From Ginkgo biloba (taxonomy: Eukaryota; Plantae; Ginkgophyta), in assembly GCA_024626585.2 (NCBI GenBank), contig JANKJI020000002.1, forward strand, positions 164,785,900 through 164,805,774: 19,875 nt of DNA, read 5' to 3'. Numbering within the stretch: the first letter of the stretch is position 1; each line of letters starts with the position of its first letter. A model generated the notes under the pieces. It worked only from the letters and a program-made list of their open reading frames with translations. It made no database searches and had not been told where the DNA came from. The translations under genes and the position numbers were made by a program. Shown here piece after piece: positions 1 to 11,800 of this stretch.

Positions 1-57
1 ATATATATATATATATAAGCATATAAACATACACATATATGTGTGTTTGTGTGTGTG
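1..57. repeat. Compound (AT)n / (GT)n microsatellite region
   Basis: (AT)8 at 1-16 and an interrupted (TG)n at ~40-57, read directly. Confidence 0.85.
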
Positions 58-697
58 TAATATCTATGTAGTTAATGACTTGTTTAGTTTAGTTTGGTTA
101 TTTTATGTTAGGTTTATATAGTAGTATTTATGAAGGAATATTTTATTTTAAGAAATGGTGGGAATTCATGCCGTAAATACAATATATTGTATTGTTCACT
201 ACTATGGGTGGGAGATGTATGATATGTGCATAAAAGGAAGGTTGAGAGCAATTAACTTGAAGGAATGATGACTGATTTCTACTTGATCTTTAAATGGTTG
301 TGAATATTTATTGTATTCTAATGTTAGAGAAGATGAGATTGATAATATTTGATGTATGATAACGTTTCTTAAGTTTGAAGGAATTTTATTGTGTAGTTGT
401 AGATCTATACTATGTAATACAAACATAGATTTATCATGATATGTTTAGAGTTAAGGTTGGTAACATAATATTATAAAATAAACATTGGTCTCGTATTTAT
501 AAGTAAACATTGGATTATTTGATACTTAAACACAATTTTTATATATAAAAAATAGTAAACACATATATATCATATTTAACCATTAGTTTTGTTATCAAAT
601 GGAGAAAATATAATCAGTCATTCTAGAGTTAAGAAAATTTCTTTGTTATTTGTAAGATTTGGAATTTTTTCCAAACACTTTAGACTAAAGGAGAGGT

Positions 698-1841
698 TGA
701 TGTATCTGTAGGAAGGAATTGTTAAGATCCTCTTAGAAACTTGTAAAAGGATCAGTGAAGAAGCTAGAAATAGTACTTTCAGAGTCCAATAGTGAGTCCT
801 GTATTTAAATGAAGGAAGGATTTAAATTATTAAACCAAGAAAGGAGCTCATAAACCAAGAAATGGTCATAATTCTATAAGTTCTTAGTAATACAAAAAAA
901 TATTAGATGAGGTTGTAAGATTAGGTGAAATTATCGCAAAAGATAAGTTCTAAGTAGGCTTAAAATAAGGTTGAAAAGAAGAAAAGGAGGATTGAAAAAT
1001 TCCTTATCTTTACAAATGTATTTTTCTATTAACTGTCCAAGAGTAGCTCTTGCNNNNNNNNNNNNNNNNNNNNNNNNNNNNNNNNNNNNNNNNNNNNNNN
1101 NNNNNNNNNNNNNNNNNNNNNNNNNNNNNNNNNNNNNNNNNNNNNNNNNNNNNACTTCAGTAAAAATAGTCAGAAATCAAGATTTTTGGGATCCGAAACG
1201 GATCAAAGTCATGTCGGATAATTGAATCTTACACTCAAAATTTCAAAGGTGGTAGGTGGGCGCATAATTAGGAGTTATATCATCTACAATAAAAATTAAT
1301 GGTGGCAAAAAATGTTCACCCAACAAGTTTCAAAGTGGGAGAGTTAGGTGAATTCAAATGTAAGGCAAGAAAAAAAAAGGAGGAAGAGGAAAAAAATGGA
1401 GATGGAAGGAGGCACACAAGAAGGTGTTCCATGAGTAGGGGGAACATTTTGGATGACATAACATAGGGGTAAATAGAGGTTTAGAATACCAAGCAAATGT
1501 GAGATAAATTTAGAGGGACACCAATCTGAACATGAGTTATTGAACGAGTTTCCCACTACGTTAAATAGTTCAAGAGAAGTGGATAACATGAGGCAACTGT
1601 TGAGTTCTTTCCAGTGAATACATTATAAATCCACTCTCAGGGAGAAAGATTAAAGTTATGTATCTGTAAACCCCCTTTGAGGTTATATTAATGAAATTCA
1701 TGTGGTGGATGGTATAGACTATGTGTGTGTGTGTGTGTGTGTTTTATTTCTCTTCCCCTCCCCATAGTCGTTGAATCACTTCACTAGAGCACATCCTATG
1801 AGAACGAGTTTAGGGTCATATTAGGCTACTCGACTACACCA
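698..1841 (+). mobile_element. Putative LTR of the CRM-like element
   Basis: Starts TGATGTA (698) and ends TACACCA (1835-1841), an inverted repeat with 1 mismatch that fits CRM-type TGATG...CATCA ends. TATAAAT at ~1624. Followed 2 nt later by a PBS-like motif and ~100 nt later by the gag ATG. The 5' boundary is uncertain because it spans a 100-N gap. Confidence 0.45.
1722..1742. repeat. (TG)10 microsatellite
   Basis: Perfect TG run inside the putative LTR. Confidence 0.95.
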
Positions 1842-1843
1842 TC

Positions 1844-1855
1844 TAGTACCATAGC
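1844..1855 (+). promoter_or_regulatory. Decayed tRNA-iMet primer binding site
   Basis: TAGTACCATAGC versus consensus TGGTATCAGAGC (9/12), positioned directly after ...CA+2 nt and upstream of gag. Confidence 0.55.
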
Positions 1856-1938
1856 CTATAATTAATCTTTTTGTATAATTATTGAGGAAAGTCGAGGAAG
1901 GCTTGAGAAAATCATTGATTGTAGTAAGGAGTTGAAGA

Positions 1939-2953
1939 ATGGCACCAAGATTAGCCAGAGGAGGAAGAGCCATAACTAACAGGGAAATTGAAGCCTTAAG
2001 GAGGTGAATTGAAGAACTAGAAAATGAGCAGTGAAGGCCTAGGCCTAAAGGTGACTATGAATCAGAACTAGAGGAAGAGGAAGAAAAACAAGGAGGATAA
2101 GTTCCAGAAGATGTTTGGGATTTGCTAGTAGAATTATTGAAGAGTAATAAAGGTGGAGTGAAAATGGAAGTTCCAAGATTTGGAGGGATCTTTAAGATGG
2201 AATATTTATTAGGTTAGATAAGAGATATAGAAAAGTATTTTTATTGGGAGGAGATAGAAGACCCCAATAAAGTGAAATTCACATGTACCAAGTTGAAGGG
2301 AAACATGACCCTATGGTGGGAGAATCTATAAAAGGAGAGAATATAGATAGTTAAGGAGAAGATTCATACATGGAACAAGATGGTGGATAACCTCAAAGGA
2401 AAATTATTATTGACAGACTATAGGTAGAAACTATTTTTGGAATCCTAAAATCTAAGATAAAGAGATAAGAGTGTGTTGGGGTACAGTGATGAATTCTATA
2501 AGATATCCATTAGGAGCGAACTTGTTGAAGGAGAGGAGTAGTTGACAATAAGATATGTGAACGACTTGAATTTTCCATTCAAGACAAGATCTACATGTAC
2601 AAAATGAAGACAATGGAAGAAGCATACTAGTTTATGTTGAAAGATGAAGATAATTTATCTAGAAGTATGAGGAAAAGATGCATGGTGAGTGTATAAGAAT
2701 CCTTAATCCATAAATAAAGAGGATGCACTAGGACATGGAGTGGAGATAGAAGTTACAAGAGTGAAAGAAGCATAGGATACTATCTTAACCCATTGAAATT
2801 ACTGATAGGAGAAGCCTTCACTCAATGAATGAGAGGCTATGATGATTTTTATATTAGAGAGGTAAAGGATTTTGCAAAGGGGTTAATTCACCAAGAAGGC
2901 CTACAATTTTCTATAGGTGCAACGTATAAGGACATCGAGCGTTCGAGTGTCTA
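1939..2953 (+). mobile_element. gag: Degenerate Ty3/Gypsy gag pseudogene, CRM-like chromovirus
   Basis: Manual translation from ATG 1939 through many stops: MAPRLARGGR...VKMEVPRFGG...*IRDIEKYFYWEEIEDPNKVKFTCTKLKGNMTLWWENL*KER...KEKIHTWNKMVDNLKGKLLLTDYR*KLF...NLR*RDKSVLGYSDEFYK...EE*LTIRYVNDL. This matches the retrotransposon gag pattern typical of CRM elements. Decayed CCHC knuckle FYRCNV*GHRAFEC at ~2909-2950. Confidence 0.88.
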
Positions 2954-3365
2954 GAAAGAATCGATGATAGAATGAGATGAGAGAAGATGAGGGTGAACTT
3001 ATTTTGAGAATAAGGAATGACATATCATATGACAAGACATAAGTTAGAGATCCTGATGGAAAATAATATGCTATTGGAATTAAGGGTAGGAAAGTCAAGT
3101 AACCAATAAAGTAGGCCAACAAACCAACTATAGTTGTCTATAAGCAAGGAAAATAGACTAATAAGTGATTGACGATCGTTGAACAAAATATAGACAAATA
3201 AATATAAGCTATTGGGGAGAAATGAGATGACAAATGATAAAAGATGATTGGTCGATGAGGAAATANNNNNNNNNNNNNNNNNNNNNNNNNNNNNNNNNNN
3301 NNNNNNNNNNNNNNNNNNNNNNNNNNNNNNNNNNNNNNNNNNNNNNNNNNNNNNNNNNNNNNNNN

Positions 3366-5078
3366 TATCAAGCCCTCAGGATTTTGGGGGTCGGACCCTT
3401 CAATTGAAGGAAGATGCACTTTGTTAAAGAAACCCATAAACCTAAAATATTTCTATGTTATGTTTAATTAAGTCAACTAAATAAGCAAGGCCTAGGATTT
3501 TTGCATGCAAGAAATATGGGAAGAAAGGGTTATATACCTACAAACTCGCCAATCTATAAATTATGTTTTATCAGGGATCAAGGATAGGGATTTTCCAACG
3601 AGGGATGCCTCCTTTGAGCCTCTGACTCTATGAACTTGATAGATCATCAATTATGATTAAGTCCCATGCAGGGTATAAAGGGGATATATTTATATATCTC
3701 AACCATCATGGTATTGGGGTTTCATACCTCCTACCTGCTAGGCCATGCCATTATATAAAATCCAATGAACCCAACATATTATCAAATGAAATATAATTGG
3801 AGATCAGGGATCAAAGATCTAAGAGTAATCCATGCTTGTATCCTTTGGAAAAGTCTGACTTCAACAAAACCAATAGGAGATTAATGGCATATCTTTTGAA
3901 GGATCCATAGAGGTTTGTATGAATGACGATTGAGCATTTAAGAACTCACCTACCAGAGCTATTGGAGGGAAAAATAGACATTGGCACCTAATCATTTATG
4001 GCCATTAGAGTTCAAGATTAAAAGTAGGGAGTGCAATGAAGAAAGGGTTCCACAACCATAGTGGTGGGTCTACTAGTGGTAGAGAAGGTTCTTCCATTAT
4101 TAAGGCATAATCACTGTGGTAGGATGAGTCTATCTTTAGAGGAGTGGTTCCCTTGGTTAGACAATGCTTGGCTAGACAGACTAGTATGTTAGTTGGATGG
4201 TTCAAAGGATAGAGGTAGTGCATGGGTTTATTGGTCAACTTGGAGAGTTTCACTAGTGGCATAGATAAAGGTCTTCATCTATGGAAGAGGTAAATGAGAT
4301 GGTTTTAGAGGATGTGTTTTGTGTATGTGAAGGTAGAGTTGGAGGATAGAGGTTTTAATACACGAATGTATAATTTAGTGATAAATTCCATCGTAGTGAT
4401 GAGAGGATCATCTAATAGCTACTATGGAATGTGTCATGGGAACCACCCACTAGAGGATATATAATGCAGAGCCATAAAATATTTTGTGGTAGGAATCCAT
4501 TAGAGGAGATAGAATGCAGAGCCATGGAAAATATTATGGGAGCCATCCACTAGAGAAATTGAGTGTTGAGTCATAGACAGTGTTGTGGGAGCCATCCATT
4601 GGTGGGAATGGATATTGACTAGGTAGAAGCGCTGATAGAGGTAGCTTAAGTTGGGTGATGTTGAAGAATTTTGACCACTTGGAGGTGTGAAGTAGTGGCG
4701 ATGATAATTCTGCCATGGGAGTAGAGCTAAGCAATGCAACAAGTTCTCTCGGGTAGATTCATTATTGAGAGTGGATTCGAGGAACAATAAAGAATGTCGA
4801 CGATGGAGAATTCTGCCAAGGGGAGTGAATGATACCCAATAGACCATCGAGAGAGCACTTTAAAGGCAAAGATGTGGATGCCATTGAGAGAAAAGGATGA
4901 GGTAGATAAGGGTGATGTGGATTTTACCTAAAGTAATAGAGCAGAGGATGAAGTCGAGCAAATCACCGAGAGAGGTAGCTCAAGAATGCAGGGACAGTGG
5001 CCTGAATTATAAAGTGAATTATTATTGATAAATCTTGTATTTGGACTTTCAATAGTGAGAAAGAGTCATATAGGCTTA
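3366..5078 (+). mobile_element. Probable ORF1/inter-ORF region of the same LINE, highly decayed
   Basis: Lies upstream of ORF2 with the same purine-rich strand bias. Faint DUF4283-like ILGVGPFN*R (3381-3410) and a possible knuckle remnant LPARPCHYIKSNEP (~3730-3775). Separated from ORF2 by a 100-N gap. Confidence 0.35.
4397..4645 (+). repeat. Degenerate ~50-bp minisatellite, 4-5 copies
   Basis: The CCAYTAGAGG-like core recurs at 4447, 4497, 4547 and 4596 (spacing 50, 50, 49). Approximate unit: ccactagaggaNataNaatgcagagccatggaaatattRtgggagccat. Partial copy from ~4397. Confidence 0.8.
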
Positions 5079-5178
5079 NNNNNNNNNNNNNNNNNNNNNN
5101 NNNNNNNNNNNNNNNNNNNNNNNNNNNNNNNNNNNNNNNNNNNNNNNNNNNNNNNNNNNNNNNNNNNNNNNNNNNNNN

Positions 5179-8100
5179 AGATAGGTTTCTAATAAGTGAC
5201 AAATGCATTTTATTGTTCCAAGGGGTTGAGTAAAAAATTCTTCATAGTGGAGTTTTAGATCATAAGCCAGTAAGTCTAGATCTTTTTGCCTTGCCCACGC
5301 TAATGAAGATTCCCTAAAAGTTTAATTAGGGGTTGATATATGAGAAGGACTTCTTGGTTAATTGTTAGAGATGGTGGAAAGAGTGAGCCCCATCCCATAA
5401 AACAAAGATGTACAAGTTTGCCAAAGAAATTAGTGAGTGTCAAAACAAGATGAAGGAATGGGACTACCAACTTAGGGATCAAAGGAGGGAAGTGAAGGAA
5501 AGATTCAAATCAAATATGGCTTCTATCTAAGAGGAAATTGATAGACTAGGATTTTTAGCTAAGTTGGAAAATAAGGAAGGGGCAACAAAGAAGGAACTGG
5601 ATGCCCTTCTTTTGGAAGAGGTAAAGGCCTATAGACTAAATTCAAGAATGTTGTGGCTCTTAGCCAGGGATAGAAAATTTTCTTTATTTCATAAAGAAAC
5701 CACATAGAGAATGCTTTTAAATTTTATTGGAAAAAATGGGAAACCTAATGGAGAGTGGTCTACTTCACAAGACAAAGTGAGGGAGGAAGTAATCCGCTAT
5801 TTCTCAGACCTTATTTCAAAGGAATAGAAAGACATATCAATGGCCCAAAATGAGATTCTTTGAGTGATTCTGAAACTAGTGTTAGATGAAGACAATGCCT
5901 CCTTTATCAAGCCATTCTCATTAGAGGAGTTAGAGGAAGTGGTTTTTAGTTTGACTAATGTTAAATCCCTAGGGCTAGATGACTTCCAAGCTAAATTCTA
6001 CAAAGATAGTTGGGATATTATAAAGGAGAATTTATTGAGAAGATGTAAAGAGTCACATATAACAAGGAAGGTTCTAATGAGTATGGATTCTACCTTCATA
6101 ACTTTGATTTTGAAGGAAAAAAACCCTACTTATTTTAATAGGTTTTGGCCCATGTTGCTCTATAATGTCCGCTAAAAAATTATCATGAAGTTAATGGAAA
6201 ATAGATTGAAGAGAATTCTCCCTAGCTTAATTTTGAAGGAACAAGGGGNNNNNNNNNNNNNNNNNNNNNNNNNNNNNNNNNNNNNNNNNNNNNNNNNNNN
6301 NNNNNNNNNNNNNNNNNNNNNNNNNNNNNNNNNNNNNNNNNNNNNNNNNNNNNNNNNNNNNNNNNNNNNNNNNNNNNNNNNNNNNNNNNNNNNNNNNNNN
6401 NNNNNNNNNNNNNNNNNNNNNNNNNNNNNNNNNNNNNNNNNNNNNNNNNNNNNNNNNNNNNNNNNNNNNNNNNNNNNNNNNNNNNNNNNNNNNNNNNNNN
6501 NNNNNNNNNNNNNNNNNNNNNNNNNNNNNNNNNNNNNNNNNNNNNNNNNNNNNNNNNNNNNNNNNNNNNNNNNNNNNNNNNNNNNNNNNNNNNNNNNNNN
6601 NNNNNNNNNNNNNNNNNNNNNNNNNNNNNNNNNNNNNNNNNNNNNNNNNNNNNNNNNNNNNNNNNNNNNNNNNNNNNNNNNNNNNNNNNNNNNNNNNNNN
6701 NNNNNNNNNNNNNNNNNNNNNNNNNNNNNNNNNNNNNNNNNNNNNNNNNNNNNNNNNNNNNNNNNNNNNNNNNNNNNNNNNNNNNNNNNNNNNNNNNNNN
6801 NNNNNNNNNNNNNNNNNNNNNNNNNNNNNNNNNNNNNNNNNNNNNNNNNNNNNNNNNNNNNNNNNNNNNNNNNNNNNNNNNNNNNNNNNNNNNNNNNNNN
6901 NNNNNNNNNNNNNNNNNNNNNNNNNNNNNNNNNNNNNNNNNNNNNNNNNNNNNNNNNNNNNNNNNNNNNNNNNNNNNNNNNNNNNNNNNNNNNNNNNNNN
7001 NNNNNNNNNNNNNNNNNNNNNNNNNNNNNNATTTTATTGTGCTCTATCGTGGTTATCCCAAAAGGAATATTGAAGGAGTTTATCAAATATTTTCTTTGGA
7101 AAAGAAGGAAAATAGAAGATAAGAATTCATTTAATAAGATAGGAAACCTTTGTAAGGAAAAGAAGGAAAGGGGCTTGGGCTTAAGAAGAATGAGAGATCT
7201 TGTAGAAGTGCTTAGGGAAAAGTAGGCTTGGAGGTTGGGAATAGGTCCACCATCTCTATGGAAAAATATATTAATAAGAAAATACTATGGAGGAGGTGCC
7301 ATGGAAACCTTCCTTTGGGATCCATCTCCTTGTAGTGTTGAAATAATCTTGTGGAAAAATATTAAAGAAGTCTATCTCTAATATGGGAATATTTATCATG
7401 GAGTCTAGGAGATGGTAAGAGGATTTATTTCTTTGATAAAGATTTTTTAGCTTCAAAACTACTACAAGAGGAGGCTAAGGTAGATAAAATGAGATATTGG
7501 TTCTTGGGGAGGGTTTATTAGAGTTTGGTTGATTATTTGAAGGAGAGCATTAGGGAAAGCCCAAAAGGTCCTTATCTTATTTTTCTTGGAAAGGTGTGGA
7601 GGAATGGTCAGATCTTCATGATCTCTTCAGAAATGAATATAAGAATATATAGGATGTTTTGGAAAGGATAGAGCTCTCCTTATTAAGTGAAGAAGACAAC
7701 TTGGATTATACTAGAGCTCCAAGGCAAAAAGTATTTATGGTAAAAGGAGGTTATGAGGTTTTATCCAAGCAAAGGGGAGGAGTTTGTGATAAAAAATGGG
7801 AGTTTCTCTAAAGTACTCCAAGGATACTGAAAGTTAATATCTTTGTTTGGATAACATTTTATGATGCAATTCTCAGCACATAAAATATGAGAAAAAGAGC
7901 TTTTCATGGCCCCTCCAAATGTTCTTTATGTGGGGTCCAAGAGGAGATAATTAAGCACCTATTCTTGGATTGTAGTTTTAGCATGAAGGTGTGGGAGGAG
8001 ATCATGTCCCTAGATGGGATCCATTTCTTAGGGGGTATCCAAGTAAGCCACATATCCAATCTCTTTATGCATTATATTAATCTTACAAAAGTACATACCT

Positions 8101-8860
8101 AGCTAAAATAGAGGAGAAAGTTGATTAAATGCTATAGAGAAACTCTTTCAAAGTATGTTTTATGGGCCCTTTGGATTGAAAAAAATAATTATATACTCCA
8201 TAATCGAATCCTATCAAGGGATAGAGTGGTAGAGGTAGAAAAAATAATGACTTGTGAGAGAATTTTATCTCTTAAACTAAAAGAGACATCTTTGATGGAG
8301 AAATAAGAAGAATTTATGTTGAAAGGTTGGGGTGTGATTTTTCCAAAAGCCTTGGAAGGTAAGGGAATAGATGGAAGGAAAGGAATGAGAATATACCATC
8401 TCAAAATTTAGATTAGTTGGGGTGAAAGTCTATTGTTCGTTGATGGTGATTTAAAGAATAATCTAGGAAGAGTTGGGATTGGAGGGCTCTTAGTGATCTC
8501 ACACTAGGCATGCAAAATTGCCTATTGGGAGAGCTTGGGTGTTCATTCTAATAACTTGGCAAAAGGAAAAGATCTTTGTAAGGGGTTGAAATTGTTAATG
8601 GATAGAAATATTTAGAGAGTCAATATATATGGATATTTTTTGTTGATTGTCAATCTCATTTGGGTAGAATGGGAATGTATCATTCTATCTCTGACCCCAT
8701 CATCAAGGAGATCAGGATAATTTTGAATCATTTTAAAGAATGGAAAATAGAGTATCTATCAAGGTCTTGGAATGTTTGGGAAAATATGATGTCCAAGAGG
8801 GGATCAAAGGAGAAGAAAAGATACTTAGGGCTTCTAAAACTCAATTACGATAGTAGGTAA
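5179..8860 (+). mobile_element. Degenerate L1-type LINE ORF2: APE endonuclease C-terminus, RT, zf-RVT, RNase H
   Basis: Motifs occur in the expected order. DRFLIS...VLDHKPV (EN LDR/SDH, 5180-5280); P*KFN...RWW; SRMLWLLARDRKFSLFH; KSLGLDDFQAKFYKDSWDII (KAPGPDGF); TFITLILK...FWPMLLYNVR*KIIMKLMENRLKRILPSLILKEQ (RT N-part; the RT core falls in the 6249-7030 gap); FLW...CKEKKERGLGLR; KVNIFVW...RKRAFHGPSKCSLCGVQEEIIKHLFLDCSFSMKVW (zf-RVT); LWALWIEKNN; then RNase H. Many stops and frameshifts. Confidence 0.93.
8430..8800 (+). pseudogene. RNase H domain (RVT_3/RNase HI-like) at the C-terminus of LINE ORF2
   Basis: LFVDGDLKNNLGRVGIGG...YWESLGVHSNNLAKGKDLCKGL...NI*RVNIYGYFLLIVN...IEYLSRSWNVWENMMSKRG corresponds to decayed FDGASKGNPG.AG.GG / TNN.AE..AL..GL / GDS.LV / H..R..N..AD.LA. 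Confidence 0.85.
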
Positions 8861-11800
8861 TAAGGTCTTGTTATGTATTTTCTAGAACCAGTGTTGGGGG
8901 TGTCTAGACACTCGGTTTACATACATGTGAGGATTTCATGGAAGGAAGAGAATGTTTAGAATTTTGGGAGAGAGATATAATTTTATTTCCAGTAGCTTTA
9001 GTTGGAAAACACTTGTAGGAAAGGGGGTAGGGACAAAGAATGAATATCGAGCCTTAATGGGAGGGCTCATTTCCCCTACATGTCCATATTTTTTTATCAA
9101 TTAAATAGAGGAGAGGAAGGGATAATTTCTAGGTGAAGATTAATTTATTCAAGGAACTATAGGTGTTAATAGAGACACCTTAGTGATGGATAATATTCAG
9201 TTTGTATATTTTAGAGAAGGGACAGGGTGGTGAAATCAGGGCAAGGCATTCTTGATTGGGGTGTGATCAAGCCCATACGTAGTAGGTAGAATTGTTTTTA
9301 TGTCCATTNNNNNNNNNNNNNNNNNNNNNNNNNNNNNNNNNNNNNNNNNNNNNNNNNNNNNNNNNNNNNNNNNNNNNNNNNNNNNNNNNNNNNNNNNNNN
9401 NNNNNNNNAGATATGTCCAATTGATGCATCTTCATGTTGGAAATTTATTGCTCATCATAAATTCTCCAATCAAGGCCAACGTAAGTATTTATGATTAAAT
9501 TAACATGATTAAAATTAATAAAAACCTCTATAGTTCAATCCTAAACACACACACCACTTGATGGCTACCTGATACTAAATTAAAGGGCCACTTTAACCCA
9601 TCCAATCTATAGAAGAGATGGAGAAACTATATTAGGAGTAATAAATGGAATAATTCTTAGGGATCACTTAAATAAAATGGTAATAAGCATAAATTCAAGC
9701 ATGAATGGATTCCAACCATCACACTTATAAGTGTCCAAAACATAAATAATATCCTACAATAATATGTAGCTCCATGTAAGAGCTAATAAACTACTATAAA
9801 TTGGTGGATGATATCCTAAAACTTGAAAGGGGTGTAGGATATAATCCTTATGTGGCTAAGATGCTAGTATATAATCTACATGACATAGTATTACCTGTTA
9901 TCATGCACCTCTTTCACCAATATCATGCCATTAGAGCTTAGCCTCTAGTCAAGCCCCATCCATTATTAGACCACTCTGACCATACTAGTATGAGAACGAT
10001 AAGCTACTAATAAGAATAAGTCCATATTAGTACCCTAATAAGATAACCCTATTTAAGAATATACATCTTCCTTTTTCATCGAAAATATCAACATAGGTTT
10101 TTAGTAAAAATGTTAGGTATTAAAGTTCCATAATGATATACTAAGAGATAAAAATGTAATGTTTTTTCAAACTAGGTGGATTTACAAAATTTATATTAGC
10201 CATATTATTTTAGGTTGCATTCCATTTTCATTTTAGTATTGTTTAATCCATTTTAATTTAAAAATTTTTAATATTACTCTCATTTAGTTTTTGTTTGATT
10301 TCTTATCTATTAACACATGACAAGGAAGGTAAGACGACAAATTATGGTAGGTATATAAGCTTTATGATGTATGCAAGAGTGATATGGTGATTGCACATAA
10401 TGTATGAGTTGCCCAAGAAGGTCCACATTGCAAAAACAAAAGGCATGTAGGGTCAAAATATCATCCCTCTCATAGATAGTTTCTTTCTTTCAAGTCAACA
10501 TTTGTTTCATTTCTTGTGGTATCAAGNNNNNNNNNNNNNNNNNNNNNNNNNNNNNNNNNNNNNNNNNNNNNNNNNNNNNNNNNNNNNNNNNNNNNNNNNN
10601 NNNNNNNNNNNNNNNNNNNNNNNNNNNNNNNNNNNNNNNNNNNNNNNNNNNNNNNNNNNNNNNNNNNNNNNNNNNNNNNNNNNNNNNNNNNNNNNNNNNN
10701 NNNNNNNNNNNNNNNNNNNNNNNNNNNNNNNNNNNNNNNNNNNNNNNNNNNNNNNNNNNNNNNNNNNNNNNNNNNNNNNNNNNNNNNNNNNNNNNNNNNN
10801 NNNNNNNNNNNNNNNNNNNNNNNNNNNNNNNNNNNNNNNNNNNNNNNNNNNNNNNNNNNNNNNNNNNNNNNNNNNNNNNNNNNNNNNNNNNNNNNNNNNN
10901 NNNNNNNNNNNNNNNNNNNNNNNNNNNNNNNNNNNNNNNNNNNNNNNNNNNNNNNNNNNNNNNNNNNNNNNNNNNNNNNNNNNNNNNNNNNNNNNNNNNN
11001 NNNNNNNNNNNNNNNNNNNNNNNNNNNNNNNNNNNNNNNNNNNNNNNNNNNNNNNNNNNNNNNNNNNNNNNNNNNNNNNNNNNNNNNNNNNNNNNNNNNN
11101 NNNNNNNNNNNNNNNNNNNNNNNNNNNNNNNNNNNNNNNNNNNNNNNNNNNNNNNNNNNNNNNNNNNNNNNNNNNNNNNNNNNNNNNNNNNNNNNNNNNN
11201 NNNNNNNNNNNNNNNNNNNNNNNNNNNNNNNNNNNNNNNNNNNNNNNNNNNNNNNNNNNNNNNNNNNNNNNNNNNNNNNNNNNNNNNNNNNNNNNNNNNN
11301 NNNNNNNNNNNNNNNNNNNNNNNNNNNNNNNNNNNNNNNNNNNNNNNNNNNNNNNNNNNNNNNNNNNNNNNNNNNNNNNNNNNNNNNNNNNNNNNNNNNN
11401 NNNNNNNAGGGTTATTGAGAAAAATATTGATCTGAATTAGAGAATAAATAAGAAGATATAAATGAAAAATAATGAGTGCACTTATGTACTCTATATAATT
11501 AGTGATTTAGAGCCACATAATAAAATAAATTTTAGACAAAGTTGATAATTTAGATACAAATGGACTCATTATTCCAAATCCTTAATAGGAAGATATATTA
11601 ATGGGAGAAAAGACTCTCAAGGAAAAGNNNNNNNNNNNNNNNNNGAATAGTATACTTTTATGACAAAGATTGAAGTTTCTAATATAATTTTAGCATATCA
11701 TATTGATGATTGGATTATGATTCCTCATGATAATAAAAGGTTTTTCAATGATATACTAGAAAAATTAAAAGAAGTCAACATAATTTTGGAAGAGATAATC

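Noticed and set aside
4397-4645. Regularly spaced repeats as a CRISPR array
   Set aside because: Units are similar across their whole length with no unique spacers, the context is a plant retroelement, and there are no cas genes.
5015-5190. Idea that the 5079-5178 gap has near-zero true length (…ggctta|agatagg… would read LDRF) and that the EN N-terminus is deleted
   Set aside because: Cannot be distinguished from the EN N-terminus simply lying inside an under-sized gap; needs reads.
9563-9585. Reverse-strand PBS-like motif (ggctacctgatactaaat)
   Set aside because: It requires an indel and a mismatch, and no associated gag or definable LTR was found.
10358-10450. Possible Copia RT remnant (SFMMYARV...IAHNV*V...PKKVH resembling GSLMYAMV...DIAHAVGV...P.K.H)
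   Set aside because: It needs two frameshifts within 90 nt and has no flanking Copia motifs; too weak without a profile search.
10518-10526. PBS-like TGGTATCAAG at a gap edge
   Set aside because: Only 8 bases match the consensus, it is not preceded by an LTR-terminal CA, and the downstream sequence is missing.
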